Shown piece after piece: positions 9,139 through 19,208 of a stretch of DNA of 64,000 nucleotides. Below the pieces are notes generated by a model that was not told where the DNA came from, ran no database searches, and saw only the letters and a list, made by a program, of their open reading frames with translations. Each line of letters begins with the position of its first letter. The first letter of the stretch is position 1. A program made the translations under genes and the position numbers. Location: the IMG/VR virus record IMGVR_UViG_3300008255_000107; one strand, written 5' to 3'. The stretch comes from a virus. Its lineage: Duplodnaviria > Heunggongvirae > Uroviricota > Caudoviricetes.

Positions 9139-11118
9139 TCAGGTCACAACGGCTTCCAAGGTGAAGCTGCTGGAGTAGGTTGCGTTAGCCAACCACAGGT
9201 AATGGTAACCCGTAGATCTTGCTAGGAAAGGTCCTACTTCAGGGTTGTCTGTGATGGCTTGGGCATGGTACCCCTTTGAGTACTTATACCTGGCATCAGA
9301 GCTACTGGAAGAGAAACCAGTTCGGACGTTCTCGGTAGCCTGCCGGGGGCTCATAAGGAACAGCTGTTGCTGGGTCCCCCCTCCAGAGGTTATTTGGAGG
9401 GTGTACCTAGAACCAGCGGTCAGAAGCATGGCATATACTTTATAGCTGTTTGAAGCTACTGTGTCCACCAGTGGTGAAAGGTTCCATAGGGTGGCGCCCG
9501 CGCTGATGGCGGTGGTAGTAACCTGGAAGCTACCTGAAAGGTTCAAATTAGTACAACCGGAGAATGTGGCGTTATACACATTACAACCTCTAAAGGTGGA
9601 CCCCACTAAGTCTAGGCCGTCAAAGTTGGCGTGGCTCAAGTCACACCCTATAAAGTCACAGAAGGCAAATCTGGTTAGGGCGGAGAAGTCCACACCCTTC
9701 ATGTCTACACCCATAAATTTGGTATAAGGTAGAGTGTCCCCAGCCCCGGTTATAGCCGTGGCATTTTGGATACTCCCACCACTGTGGGTACCGCCACCAC
9801 CACCTATGGTGAGCTGGGAGTTACCGTAGTCTTCTCCGTTAGAACGGGAGGTGTTTACGTCATGGCACCAGTTCACCCAACATGCAGATGCAGTTACAGC
9901 CTCATTATAGCCATAACCGTTCCAGGAGCTATTAGCGGGTGAGAAAGCACCCCGAGCCTGCGTACCAGGTTCTACGGCTACTCGGGTCATGGAGCTAGTC
10001 CCTGCGGAAGTGACCATACTAGCCGGTAGCACACTGTCGCACAGGGTGGAAGGGTAAGCACTCACATTGTTGTGAGTGAATGTTATGTTACCTACGATGG
10101 TACTTTCCTCGGCAATAAACTGGGATACTCTGCAATCCACGAAGTAAAGGCTACCCAGAAAACCTATGAGGGAAACATCAAGAGCATCTATAGTGCATTT
10201 AGTGAAGGTAAGACTTCCTAAGTAAGACCCAATCATGGTCATGGTGCTGGGACCGTATAAGGAGCATTTTGTAAAAGAGGTACTACTCAAAGTGGTGCCT
10301 GAGCCGAACACCTGAGCGGATATGTGGGAATCGTAAAAGTTTGAGGAGGAGAGGTCACAGTTAAGGGCGCTGTTGGCGTTAAAGTCGCATCGGTAGAAAT
10401 TACAGCTTGTCAAGTTTCTGCTGGTCATACTTGTTAGGAAGGTACAACCAGTAAAGGTAGCTGAAGCAAAAACAGCATCGTTACCCACAAAATAGGGGTC
10501 CAGGAATGTAGTCCCCTCAAAACTAACCTGATAGTATACACCACTAGTAGCCTTCAGGGTTCCACCGTAAAAATATTGACCGGGAGCTATAGTCATGTCA
10601 ACAGCGTGAACATTCGAACCGTTCCAGGTACCGGACCAAGTACCCGTACCTGTCATGGTAGCACTCCACATACCAGCATCGCTCATGTCAAACGATACAG
10701 CCGTGAAGTTCCCAAAAGCGTTACTACCAAAAGTGGTGGCTACGCAGGACCAACCGGTAACTGTTGTCGGAGAGGAGAATGTGAAGGTCGAACCATTCAT
10801 GACGGCCTGGTCGAGGACTATGTTGTCGTACCCCGTTAAGTCGGCCCAGGTGCACCCTGTCACCGTAGCACCCGTGAAGTCGGCGCCCGTTAGGTTAGCA
10901 CCCGTGAAGTCGACCCCACTAAGATAGGCGAAAGAGAAAATAGCCCCACTCAGGTTGGTACCCACAAAGCTAGCACCACTGAGGTTAGACTCGGAACTAG
11001 GGGCACCCGTAGTCATCATGCCCATAAACACGCCGTTGGATAGATCCAGACCGGCCATGCCCGAGGCGGCACCACTGTAAATGATGCTGCCATCGTTCTT
11101 ATTTTTAACGACTGCCAT
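9139..11118 (-). CDS. beta-helix / pentapeptide-like repeat fibre protein (659 aa)
   Basis: Multiple A(N/D)(L/F)xx-type repeats (ANLTGADFTGATVTGC, SGASFVGTNLSGAIFSFAYLSGVDFTGANL) typical of right-handed beta-helix or pentapeptide repeats. Gly/Ser/Thr-rich. Confidence 0.6.
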   Translation of the reverse strand: MAVVKNKNDGSIIYSGAASGMAGLDLSNGVFMGMMTTGAPSSESNLSGASFVGTNLSGAIFSFAYLSGVDFTGANLTGADFTGATVTGCTWADLTGYDNIVLDQAVMNGSTFTFSSPTTVTGWSCVATTFGSNAFGNFTAVSFDMSDAGMWSATMTGTGTWSGTWNGSNVHAVDMTIAPGQYFYGGTLKATSGVYYQVSFEGTTFLDPYFVGNDAVFASATFTGCTFLTSMTSRNLTSCNFYRCDFNANSALNCDLSSSNFYDSHISAQVFGSGTTLSSTSFTKCSLYGPSTMTMIGSYLGSLTFTKCTIDALDVSLIGFLGSLYFVDCRVSQFIAEESTIVGNITFTHNNVSAYPSTLCDSVLPASMVTSAGTSSMTRVAVEPGTQARGAFSPANSSWNGYGYNEAVTASACWVNWCHDVNTSRSNGEDYGNSQLTIGGGGGTHSGGSIQNATAITGAGDTLPYTKFMGVDMKGVDFSALTRFAFCDFIGCDLSHANFDGLDLVGSTFRGCNVYNATFSGCTNLNLSGSFQVTTTAISAGATLWNLSPLVDTVASNSYKVYAMLLTAGSRYTLQITSGGGTQQQLFLMSPRQATENVRTGFSSSSSDARYKYSKGYHAQAITDNPEVGPFLARSTGYHYLWLANATYSSSFTLEAVVT

Positions 11119-11136
11119 AAACCTAATCTCCTATGA

Positions 11137-14100
11137 TCAGAATGAAACCTTGGATACGGTCACGTGTGCCATCCATCTGGTATCCACCCCTGCTGTACTT
11201 GGTACTGAAATGTCAAACAAAAGCCCAGTAGCACCGATACCCACGTCGACTCCCTGCAACAAGTTATCGTTTGAGCAACCCGTGTAGGAAGCCAGCACAC
11301 TGCTGGTATCAATGTAACTTTCATCCGTGGTCAGGATGCCTTCAAAATGCTGCACAGCACCAATAGCACCCGTGTAACCCTTGGCCACCACTTGGGCTCT
11401 TACCGAGTAAGAGGTATTTGGGAGCAGGTTGTACTGGGCATCAGCGTGGATACCTGTGGTACCCTCAAGCAGCAACGACTGCCCGGTGATACCGGTGTCG
11501 TCTGTGAAACCACGAAGGATGAAGTCTGAGGTTTGGGCATCACCACGGTTCTCGAACTTTCCGTTAGCGTGGGCTATTTCGGAAATGTGGGTGGCCTTGG
11601 CACCCCTACTACCCAGAACTGTGGCGTAGTCAGCCCCTAAGGTATCCGAGTCGTTGGAGTTATAGATACCCTGATGTGTACCCGTGCCACCTACGTCACA
11701 ATCACTAACATTGTGCAAGGATAGATTGGTACCAGACCCCATGGTAGACCTGTTGAAGGCCGTCATGGCTGACGTGATGGTACCACCTGAGACGTAACCG
11801 GACATACCCGCTTCCACTACGGAGTTGGTGACATTCCTTACGTTCGAATAGGACACTGCTCGGATTGCAGCCATGTTGCCCGTGAAAAGGGTAGTGTGCT
11901 CGGAGGATGCCACCGAGGATTTCTCTGACCCACCAGCTCCGGTTATACCGCGAGAAGAATCAATACTAACTGAGTTGGGTCCTTCCAGAAGGTTACAATC
12001 CCGAGAACTACTTATCCTACTGTACTCTCCACTGTGTATTCTGCTGTTCCCAAAGGAAGCCATAGAACTGAAGTTAGAGGATTCCATCGCACCCGAGTAA
12101 CCCGCTTCCATGGAAGCGAATGACGTACTGACCATAAGACCGTTCTTAACAGAACGTAATGAGTCCATGTTAGTACTCTTGGCCGTTATATCCTGGGACG
12201 CGGATATGCTGGTATTGTGGGCGCCCCACATACCGGTGATACCTTGAGAGGAGTCCACGTGCATGTAAGAGTTGGAGTCAGAAAAGTTAACGATCTGCGA
12301 GGACGATACATCGATATGGTTAGAACTGCTAGTTACTCGTACATCCCTGGAACTACCCACCTCAACATAGGCAGCACCACTGCTTAGCTGTACCTGGTGA
12401 GCTGACCTGACTGACGAGTATTGTACTGAGGATATGATGCTGGATTCTAGGACTCCGGACAGAGTGCTGCTGGTAGACCCTGAAATGGCGCCTGAGTAAC
12501 CGGCTTCAATCATGCATTGCTCAGATCCAGTGATATAGGACTGCCTGGAACTAAGCACTGTGCTGTTATGGGAATCAATGTTTTGGCAATCTTCGGAAGA
12601 TGCTAGGAAAAGCATTTCAGATCCATTGGCCACATTCCTGCGCCCGCCAACCATACCGCTGGCACGAACGGCATTAGTCATGCTGTTCTGCTCACCACCT
12701 ATGATAACGGACTCTTCACAGAAGTAAGCCATAAGGTGTTCACGGCCTCCTGCTATGAGGGAGTTGTGGGAGTACCCTGTAATAACACCGCGGTCTACTG
12801 CAAGTATGGAGGAACCCTCGGTGTTACCAGAAACGATAGAGTTCATAGACGATTTTATGGAGCTCCGGGAGCTCATTTCGGATATGGAACTCTCACTGCT
12901 GTTGTGGATGGAGGCATGGTAGGACCCCCCAGAAATGGACACAGAGTAACTGTTGAAGATGCCACTGTAGTCGGTAGCAGGACGAATGAAAGATCCAGCG
13001 GAACCCATAATTACGGCGCTGTTAGATGATTGGACCGTAGAGGCGAAGCAGGCAGCCAGGACAGACTTAGTGGAGTTATCCAGTGTGCTGCTTTCGCTGG
13101 CGGCTATCAAGGAGTCCTTAGCGGAATCCATATTATTGTCTGTGGACAGGGCCAACGCCACGGAGCGATAACTACCCATTACCCGTAAGCCGCTGTCCGA
13201 GCTACTCTGGGTGCAAGCTAGTACAGCGATATCGGTGCTCTTGTCCAGAGTAACGTACGAAGAGGCTGCGGTAAGGATACGGTGGGATGCCGTCAATTTA
13301 ACTTCTGAGCTAGCCGCAATCGAAGCAAAACTTGAAGAAGCCATGTACGTTGATGCCGAAGCACCTATGGTGGCGGTCGCACTATAATACACTTTATTAC
13401 CGGAGGAGGAGCCCGCCACAGATACAGAGGTGCTGTCTATGATGCTGGCCCCGGCTGATCCCGCAATATGGGCGAGACTAGCTGCGGTGATATTCGAATC
13501 ACGGGTACCGTCCATGGACGACACAGCCGCAGACTTTATATAACCACCTGAGGAGGCTTTAATGGAGGTTAGGTTAATGACGTTAGCATAGGTGTTGTAA
13601 ACAGCGGATACGTCGGACCATACTGCATCGTTTACGTAACCAGACACACCTGACCGCACTCCTGAGAATCGGCTATTACGGATGTGACCCCCATCTGAGT
13701 TTCTGAAATCCGCAAAGGTGTTCGCCACCATGGCGCTTCCTACTCTGGAAGTAGCTGCACGGAAAAAGGCGTTAGCCTGTAGGGTAGCACCGTCAGAACT
13801 GTCCACGCCCGAGTAGGTGTTGGACGATTGCATCTGTACATTTCGACTCTGGCCGGCATGGCTATAGGAACTGTTGTAGAAGTATGTATTTTCTGTACCC
13901 TGAGCACTGGAGTGGTGAGAGTACTCCCTAAGGTAAGTGCTTTGTACACCCTGAAGGGTAGAGTAGTTGGTGTTGTACACCTGCCCATTGTAGGAGGCTT
14001 GCACCACGGACTGATGGCTGTAGTCCGTAATCACACAGTCATGGGAAGCTGCCATAAAGGCTTCGTTGGAATCCTGAATGGACGAGTCAGCGGTAGCCAC

Positions 14101-16527
14101 AACCGCTGATCTATCTGACCCCGAAACTTGGGCATTGGATGTACCCAAAAGGGCAGACGTGTTGCTGTGGTCCACATTTCCTTGGTAGGAAGCTAGTATG
14201 GCCACGGCGTTGGTGCTGGAGGTGTTTGAGTCTATGCTGGACTGCATAGAAGAGTTAGTGTCGTCGGTACTGTTGGCATTTGAGGAAGCCTGAATGTAGC
14301 TACGTATACCGTTTACGATCGATGCGTACCTAGACCCACCAATAAAGGATTCTGTGGAATCTTCCATGTGGGTTTCTGAAGAAGCCACCATACCACCGCG
14401 TACAGTTCGCAAGGACGAAGAAGCCAAGTTCCCTAGCAACACACCGCCAAGTCCCATACGGAAGTCACTATCGTGGTTGGCGAAACCAGCACTTAACATC
14501 ATTTCTTTGTAGTTAGTGCTTTGGCCTCCCCCAAAAGAGGATTGGTGGGAGTAGGGTCCCACTCTTAGGCTCCTACCACCAGTAACTGTGGTGGAATCGC
14601 AGTACATAGCAATAAGGTCATTACCGGCAATAGCACCAAATTCGTGGTTAGCCGGTCCTATTATGGACCGGGTCTGGGCCATAACCACTGAGGCAGCGTT
14701 ACCTACCACACTAGTGGACTCTCTAACCCCTGCTATCATGGTTTCAGTGTTACCCGCCATGGAGGTGCCTAGGTAGTTAGCTATGCTTTCATTGGGGAGA
14801 CTCGAAGAACCCTGGAAGAAGTCAGAGTAAGCCCCTGTAAATCCGTCTGGGATTACACCCGATGAAGAGTTCCCTGACGAACGCATCTCTGTCCTTGCCC
14901 CGTATCTTAAATCAGCTACGCTGGAGCTTGCTATCTGAGAAGTACTGGCCAGAGATATGCGAGCACTCTCTGAGGTTCCTATCATGGCCACAGAGCTACC
15001 AGTAATACCTAAATCTCCGGTTCCTACACTTGAACGGGATGAAATAATAGTGCTGAGTTCCGATAATCCTATGTAGGTGCTACTATTGGCTGAGCTGTAA
15101 GAGGATAGGATGGCGGATTCCCTGGATAGGATAATCTGTACCTTGGCGTACCTAGGAGTCCAAGGAGCCTGGGGTATGCCACTATTCATAACGGAGTCAT
15201 AACCCTTGGAAGCGGCGATCAGAGAAGACGTGGTCCCCTCGAGACCGGCGGCAGAGGAACTTGCCAAAATGGAGGAGTACTTTGTGTTTTGGGTTCCGGT
15301 ACCGTTGGACACAGCACATCCCTGCGCGGCGCCTATGAGTACACCATTAGCATTATGGACGTCCACTGCTGATGATCCTAGTACAGCTATCCGCTCAGGG
15401 TAACCTATACCGTAATTGGAGTAACCCTTAGATGCCAAGTCACCTACATTGACACCTATTGAACCCATAATGGCTATGGACTTACCTGCATTAATAAGGG
15501 AGGAAAGAGACGAATGTATGCTGGCGTAGGAAGGGGTCCCCTCATTTACGGCTATGATACGAGATTCGGACGAAGATCCTATATGGGAGGCCGAGGCGTT
15601 CTCTAACCAGGAGTTTTCGGAGGAATCTATGGAAGACACACGGGAACCAGGTACCAAACCTGGAGCAGCTGGTATGGTACCATGAGTGATAGCTGAACCT
15701 GCCGATGCAGTAATGGCTACACTCTGTACGGCTCCCTTTACGTGGGAGTCCGTAGTGGCGGAGATAGCCACGTTTCTAGCGGGACGGCTTGTGGTGATGC
15801 TGGAGGTATCTTCCCCCTCTACGAGGGTATATGTAGAGGCCAATATGGAGGTTTCATCCGTGTAATGGGCCAACACATGTTGGGAGGCCTGTAGAGCGGT
15901 ATTGTACGAGTAAATGGGGTAACTGTACTCTGTAGCTCCACGGATTTCAGCGAGCCCACTGTACCCCGGCATTTGGTTTGAATAGCCTGGTTGTATGGAC
16001 GGAGTGCTTGGTACCCCATTATTGTTCCAAGTAACTGGATCGGATTTGTCAGATTGAGTGATGTCTATGAAATACCGGTTGTCACCCACGGCCCCAGTGT
16101 AACCTGTGGTGGCTTGGATGATGCCACGATTAGCCAGAGAAATGCGAGCGTTACTGGAACTGTAGATACCGCTTGCTATGGCTAATTCTTCGGCCAGGTT
16201 GTCATTTCCACCGATGATAACGGTGTCGTTTGACTCCCCACGGATGATACCCCGTACACCTGCCATAACTGATGAATGTATGGCGTGCTCCACAGTACTG
16301 TCCTGAGTGGATATTTTGGAGCTGTACGCAGTTATAACGGTGGAAGGTTCCACGCCCGTGTAACCGGCGGTTAGAATGGGAGCGTCCCAGGTGCCCGTGG
16401 CACCCCGGAGATCTAAAGATCCTCGCGCTTGGTCTAGGAGGATGGACCCATCGGAGGAAAGGTCGTACGCCAGCTGGAGATCTCCACCGAGTTCTCCGTC
16501 AATCCATTCAGGTTTTACTTTTGCCAT
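11137..16527 (-). CDS. giant (1796 aa) Ser/Thr/Gly-rich repetitive structural (fibre or surface) protein
   Basis: Single uninterrupted ORF of low-complexity S/T/G/A/N-rich degenerate repeats. N-terminus MAKVKPEWI, shared with the collagen-like protein. Confidence 0.7.
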   Translation of the reverse strand: MAKVKPEWIDGELGGDLQLAYDLSSDGSILLDQARGSLDLRGATGTWDAPILTAGYTGVEPSTVITAYSSKISTQDSTVEHAIHSSVMAGVRGIIRGESNDTVIIGGNDNLAEELAIASGIYSSSNARISLANRGIIQATTGYTGAVGDNRYFIDITQSDKSDPVTWNNNGVPSTPSIQPGYSNQMPGYSGLAEIRGATEYSYPIYSYNTALQASQHVLAHYTDETSILASTYTLVEGEDTSSITTSRPARNVAISATTDSHVKGAVQSVAITASAGSAITHGTIPAAPGLVPGSRVSSIDSSENSWLENASASHIGSSSESRIIAVNEGTPSYASIHSSLSSLINAGKSIAIMGSIGVNVGDLASKGYSNYGIGYPERIAVLGSSAVDVHNANGVLIGAAQGCAVSNGTGTQNTKYSSILASSSAAGLEGTTSSLIAASKGYDSVMNSGIPQAPWTPRYAKVQIILSRESAILSSYSSANSSTYIGLSELSTIISSRSSVGTGDLGITGSSVAMIGTSESARISLASTSQIASSSVADLRYGARTEMRSSGNSSSGVIPDGFTGAYSDFFQGSSSLPNESIANYLGTSMAGNTETMIAGVRESTSVVGNAASVVMAQTRSIIGPANHEFGAIAGNDLIAMYCDSTTVTGGRSLRVGPYSHQSSFGGGQSTNYKEMMLSAGFANHDSDFRMGLGGVLLGNLASSSLRTVRGGMVASSETHMEDSTESFIGGSRYASIVNGIRSYIQASSNANSTDDTNSSMQSSIDSNTSSTNAVAILASYQGNVDHSNTSALLGTSNAQVSGSDRSAVVATADSSIQDSNEAFMAASHDCVITDYSHQSVVQASYNGQVYNTNYSTLQGVQSTYLREYSHHSSAQGTENTYFYNSSYSHAGQSRNVQMQSSNTYSGVDSSDGATLQANAFFRAATSRVGSAMVANTFADFRNSDGGHIRNSRFSGVRSGVSGYVNDAVWSDVSAVYNTYANVINLTSIKASSGGYIKSAAVSSMDGTRDSNITAASLAHIAGSAGASIIDSTSVSVAGSSSGNKVYYSATATIGASASTYMASSSFASIAASSEVKLTASHRILTAASSYVTLDKSTDIAVLACTQSSSDSGLRVMGSYRSVALALSTDNNMDSAKDSLIAASESSTLDNSTKSVLAACFASTVQSSNSAVIMGSAGSFIRPATDYSGIFNSYSVSISGGSYHASIHNSSESSISEMSSRSSIKSSMNSIVSGNTEGSSILAVDRGVITGYSHNSLIAGGREHLMAYFCEESVIIGGEQNSMTNAVRASGMVGGRRNVANGSEMLFLASSEDCQNIDSHNSTVLSSRQSYITGSEQCMIEAGYSGAISGSTSSTLSGVLESSIISSVQYSSVRSAHQVQLSSGAAYVEVGSSRDVRVTSSSNHIDVSSSQIVNFSDSNSYMHVDSSQGITGMWGAHNTSISASQDITAKSTNMDSLRSVKNGLMVSTSFASMEAGYSGAMESSNFSSMASFGNSRIHSGEYSRISSSRDCNLLEGPNSVSIDSSRGITGAGGSEKSSVASSEHTTLFTGNMAAIRAVSYSNVRNVTNSVVEAGMSGYVSGGTITSAMTAFNRSTMGSGTNLSLHNVSDCDVGGTGTHQGIYNSNDSDTLGADYATVLGSRGAKATHISEIAHANGKFENRGDAQTSDFILRGFTDDTGITGQSLLLEGTTGIHADAQYNLLPNTSYSVRAQVVAKGYTGAIGAVQHFEGILTTDESYIDTSSVLASYTGCSNDNLLQGVDVGIGATGLLFDISVPSTAGVDTRWMAHVTVSKVSF

Positions 16528-16749
16528 AATCTAGACCTAACCGGTTAGTCCCAAGACCAAAAGGGCTTGAAATATCAAATTTTCAACAAAGCCACGCTTT
16601 CTCCCTGCCCTGTACTGTATTAGAAGTTTATTCGAACCATAACCTTCTAATACGGGGCACCTATGAATTGAATTGTCTTTTTCTTATGCCATGAGGTACC
16701 TAACGGGGTTTTAGTCCTTGCTGGGGTATCCCAAAATAGAGGATGTAGT

Positions 16750-18399
16750 ATGGCCACCGGAGTAACTTACCAAGACCTTGACGTGCTTACCCTTAATAGC
16801 AGTGAGAGTTATGTAAACTGTGTTTTCCTTCGAATTAAGAAGATCCAGGTAGCTTCCGCGGGCTCCAATGCCATGGTCACCTGTACATTTACAGACTGCC
16901 CTGACGTACTTTGCGATTTTAGTCTGATGCAAACTTGCGTGGTTACACGCTGTACCTTCACAGTCAACCAAAGCGGCTCTACATTGTACTGGTACTCCAC
17001 GACCGCCACGGATTCTTATTTCTACAAGACTTCGTCCAGGACCGTGTCACTAAGCGCAGGGACTTACACTGGGGGCGTCATAGCGGGAAGGTTCAATGTA
17101 GAGTACAATGGTTCCCCTGTGGTCCTTACGGGTGTTACTGTTAAAGGGTCCCCTGCTTACGACGGGGTACTTTTGGGTAACAACTTGAATATGACGGACT
17201 GTGTTTTCGAAAACATCGTTACTGTGTCCGTAAGTAACCTGAGCCTTGCAAACTGCTCTGGTCCAAAGCCGTCCAAGGTGACTTTGCAGAATTGCTCAGG
17301 AGGAGGTGTCTCCGGGGGTACGTACGACATCCTGATCATGGACGGTGCTAACTCATCTTTTTCTTTCCAGCCCTCTAAAGTTTCGGTGGTAAACTACCCT
17401 AGTTATGGCACATGGAGCTCTGTCCCTCTTACCACCGCCGTGGATACTATACAATACCCCGTACCAATGAACATGACAAGCTGCTCTGTTTATGGTGCTA
17501 AGGGGATAGATGTGCGTAAGCACAGCGTAGCGTGGACTGACGTAACATGGCAGGCTCCCGCCCACAACTTGAAGTTGCCCAGGTTGTCCCGTATCATTCT
17601 AGGCCATCACGCATCCCCCACTACTAACCCTTTTCGAAACTGTGACCTGACGGACTCTCCTCGATTAGAATTCACAGCGGGTGGGTTCTACGTAAGAGAT
17701 TTTGACATGTCCGGCTCCAACCTCTACAACACTCCCTCTGGGGCCATGTTTATGGGGAACAATGTTAAGGGCAGGGGGTGCAACATGAGCAACCTTTTCC
17801 GAGCGGATATCTCCAAGGGTACCACCATTAGGGGTTGGGATTTCCGGGATGCTGTATGGAACGACGCTTATCTAAACGGCCTTAAATTTGTGGATTGCGA
17901 CTTCCGCGGAACAGTGTTTAACGGCGGATACATGCAAAACTGCTCTTTTGCTAATACCTCTTTCAAAGGGGCCAATTTCAATTTTATAGACACCACAGGT
18001 ACGGATTTCTCCGGCGCCGACATGACTTCTGGTTATACCAGGTTCGATGACCAACTATCGGGATGGTCCCCATGGCCATACCAGACCAGCTCCAATGCCT
18101 TTAGCGTTGGATCGGGGCAATCCGCTGCGTTCAGCGTAATTGTTAATTACATAGGACGTAGCATATCCACAGGTCTACTTTCTGGTATCGTCTGGGTCCT
18201 TTCCGAAAAAACGGCAGACAGCCACTATATACAGAGTCTGGTGTCCGTGAATGAGGATTATCTGGATGCGAATGCCATTCAGAAAATCACTGTAAGTGCG
18301 GGTGCATCCATAACTTTCGCTGCGACCCCGGTTGCGGGAAGATATTACCTGGTGGTCAAAAACACAGGAAGCACTACCAGGACTGTGCAGATGCAGTAG
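16750..18399 (+). CDS. pentapeptide-repeat-containing fibre-like protein (549 aa)
   Basis: C-terminal half contains consecutive pentapeptide repeats (FRGTVFNGGYMQNCSFANTSFKGANFNFIDTTGTDFSGADMT). Followed by a terminator. Confidence 0.6.
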   Translation: MATGVTYQDLDVLTLNSSESYVNCVFLRIKKIQVASAGSNAMVTCTFTDCPDVLCDFSLMQTCVVTRCTFTVNQSGSTLYWYSTTATDSYFYKTSSRTVSLSAGTYTGGVIAGRFNVEYNGSPVVLTGVTVKGSPAYDGVLLGNNLNMTDCVFENIVTVSVSNLSLANCSGPKPSKVTLQNCSGGGVSGGTYDILIMDGANSSFSFQPSKVSVVNYPSYGTWSSVPLTTAVDTIQYPVPMNMTSCSVYGAKGIDVRKHSVAWTDVTWQAPAHNLKLPRLSRIILGHHASPTTNPFRNCDLTDSPRLEFTAGGFYVRDFDMSGSNLYNTPSGAMFMGNNVKGRGCNMSNLFRADISKGTTIRGWDFRDAVWNDAYLNGLKFVDCDFRGTVFNGGYMQNCSFANTSFKGANFNFIDTTGTDFSGADMTSGYTRFDDQLSGWSPWPYQTSSNAFSVGSGQSAAFSVIVNYIGRSISTGLLSGIVWVLSEKTADSHYIQSLVSVNEDYLDANAIQKITVSAGASITFAATPVAGRYYLVVKNTGSTTRTVQMQ

Positions 18400-18420
18400 T
18401 CCCCTAATAAATGCTATAGA

Positions 18421-18449
18421 AAAGGCTGCCCCAAAAGCAGCCCTTTTTC
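18421..18449. terminator. rho-independent terminator (ggctgc cccaaaa gcagcc + T5), bidirectional between convergent genes
   Basis: 6-bp GC stem plus ctttttc immediately after the stop of the 16750..18399 gene. An A-run on the other side serves the minus-strand gene. Confidence 0.65.
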
Positions 18450-18452
18450 ATT

Positions 18453-19208
18453 TCAGAAGTTAAACCCTACTTCTTCACCTGGTCCCAAATCACCCCCGCA
18501 TGATCTCTTTTTCCAGGAAGCGTACCCCGGGTTGGTCTCACGAGGGTGAAACACCTTGGCATCTTCCAAAACGGGAACATTCAAATGTTCTTTGAAGCAG
18601 TCCCGCATGAAAAAAGCGTCGTTTCCCCCGTAAGTGCTGTGGGGGACAGTCTTGTACCCACCTATCTTTTCCCACACAGGAACGGGTATCAGAATCACAC
18701 CCCCGGCGACACCCTGGTTCTCCCGGTAATAACGCAGGGTGTAATCCCCCTTATGACAAACTTCACTGTTGTGCTTCCAGTGGCAGCAGTTACCAACCTG
18801 TTCTGCCGCTACCCCACCTAGCCCACCAACTTTTCGAAAGGCACCAATCATTTTCGTGAGGAAATCGGGATCGGGGTATGTGATGTCGGAGTCGGCGCTT
18901 AACAGAAAATCGTAGCCATTATCCTTGCACTCCTGGTAGATCCTGTTTACGGCCGGACCCTTACCAATATTTTTATCAAAATCTTTTACCGCCACGGATC
19001 GGAAGCATCCCGCTGACACCAGCTCAGGTAGATAGTACCCCAAGGCTTTGGCTATGGTGTCGTCTACGCCGTTTAAACCAAAAACCAAATCTATTGATAC
19101 ACCAGGATCCACCTTAAGCGTGGCCATACTCTCCAGAGCCTTGACCACCTTTTCAGACTGGTAGTAAACAGGTACACACATCAGTATAGAGATTTTATCG
19201 AGGGACAT
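18453..19208 (-). CDS. glycosyltransferase family 2-like protein
   Basis: N-terminal ISILMCVPVYYQSEKVV... Rossmann-like GT-A start, and a DxD-like SADSDITYPD motif. Confidence 0.5.
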   Translation of the reverse strand: MSLDKISILMCVPVYYQSEKVVKALESMATLKVDPGVSIDLVFGLNGVDDTIAKALGYYLPELVSAGCFRSVAVKDFDKNIGKGPAVNRIYQECKDNGYDFLLSADSDITYPDPDFLTKMIGAFRKVGGLGGVAAEQVGNCCHWKHNSEVCHKGDYTLRYYRENQGVAGGVILIPVPVWEKIGGYKTVPHSTYGGNDAFFMRDCFKEHLNVPVLEDAKVFHPRETNPGYASWKKRSCGGDLGPGEEVGFNF

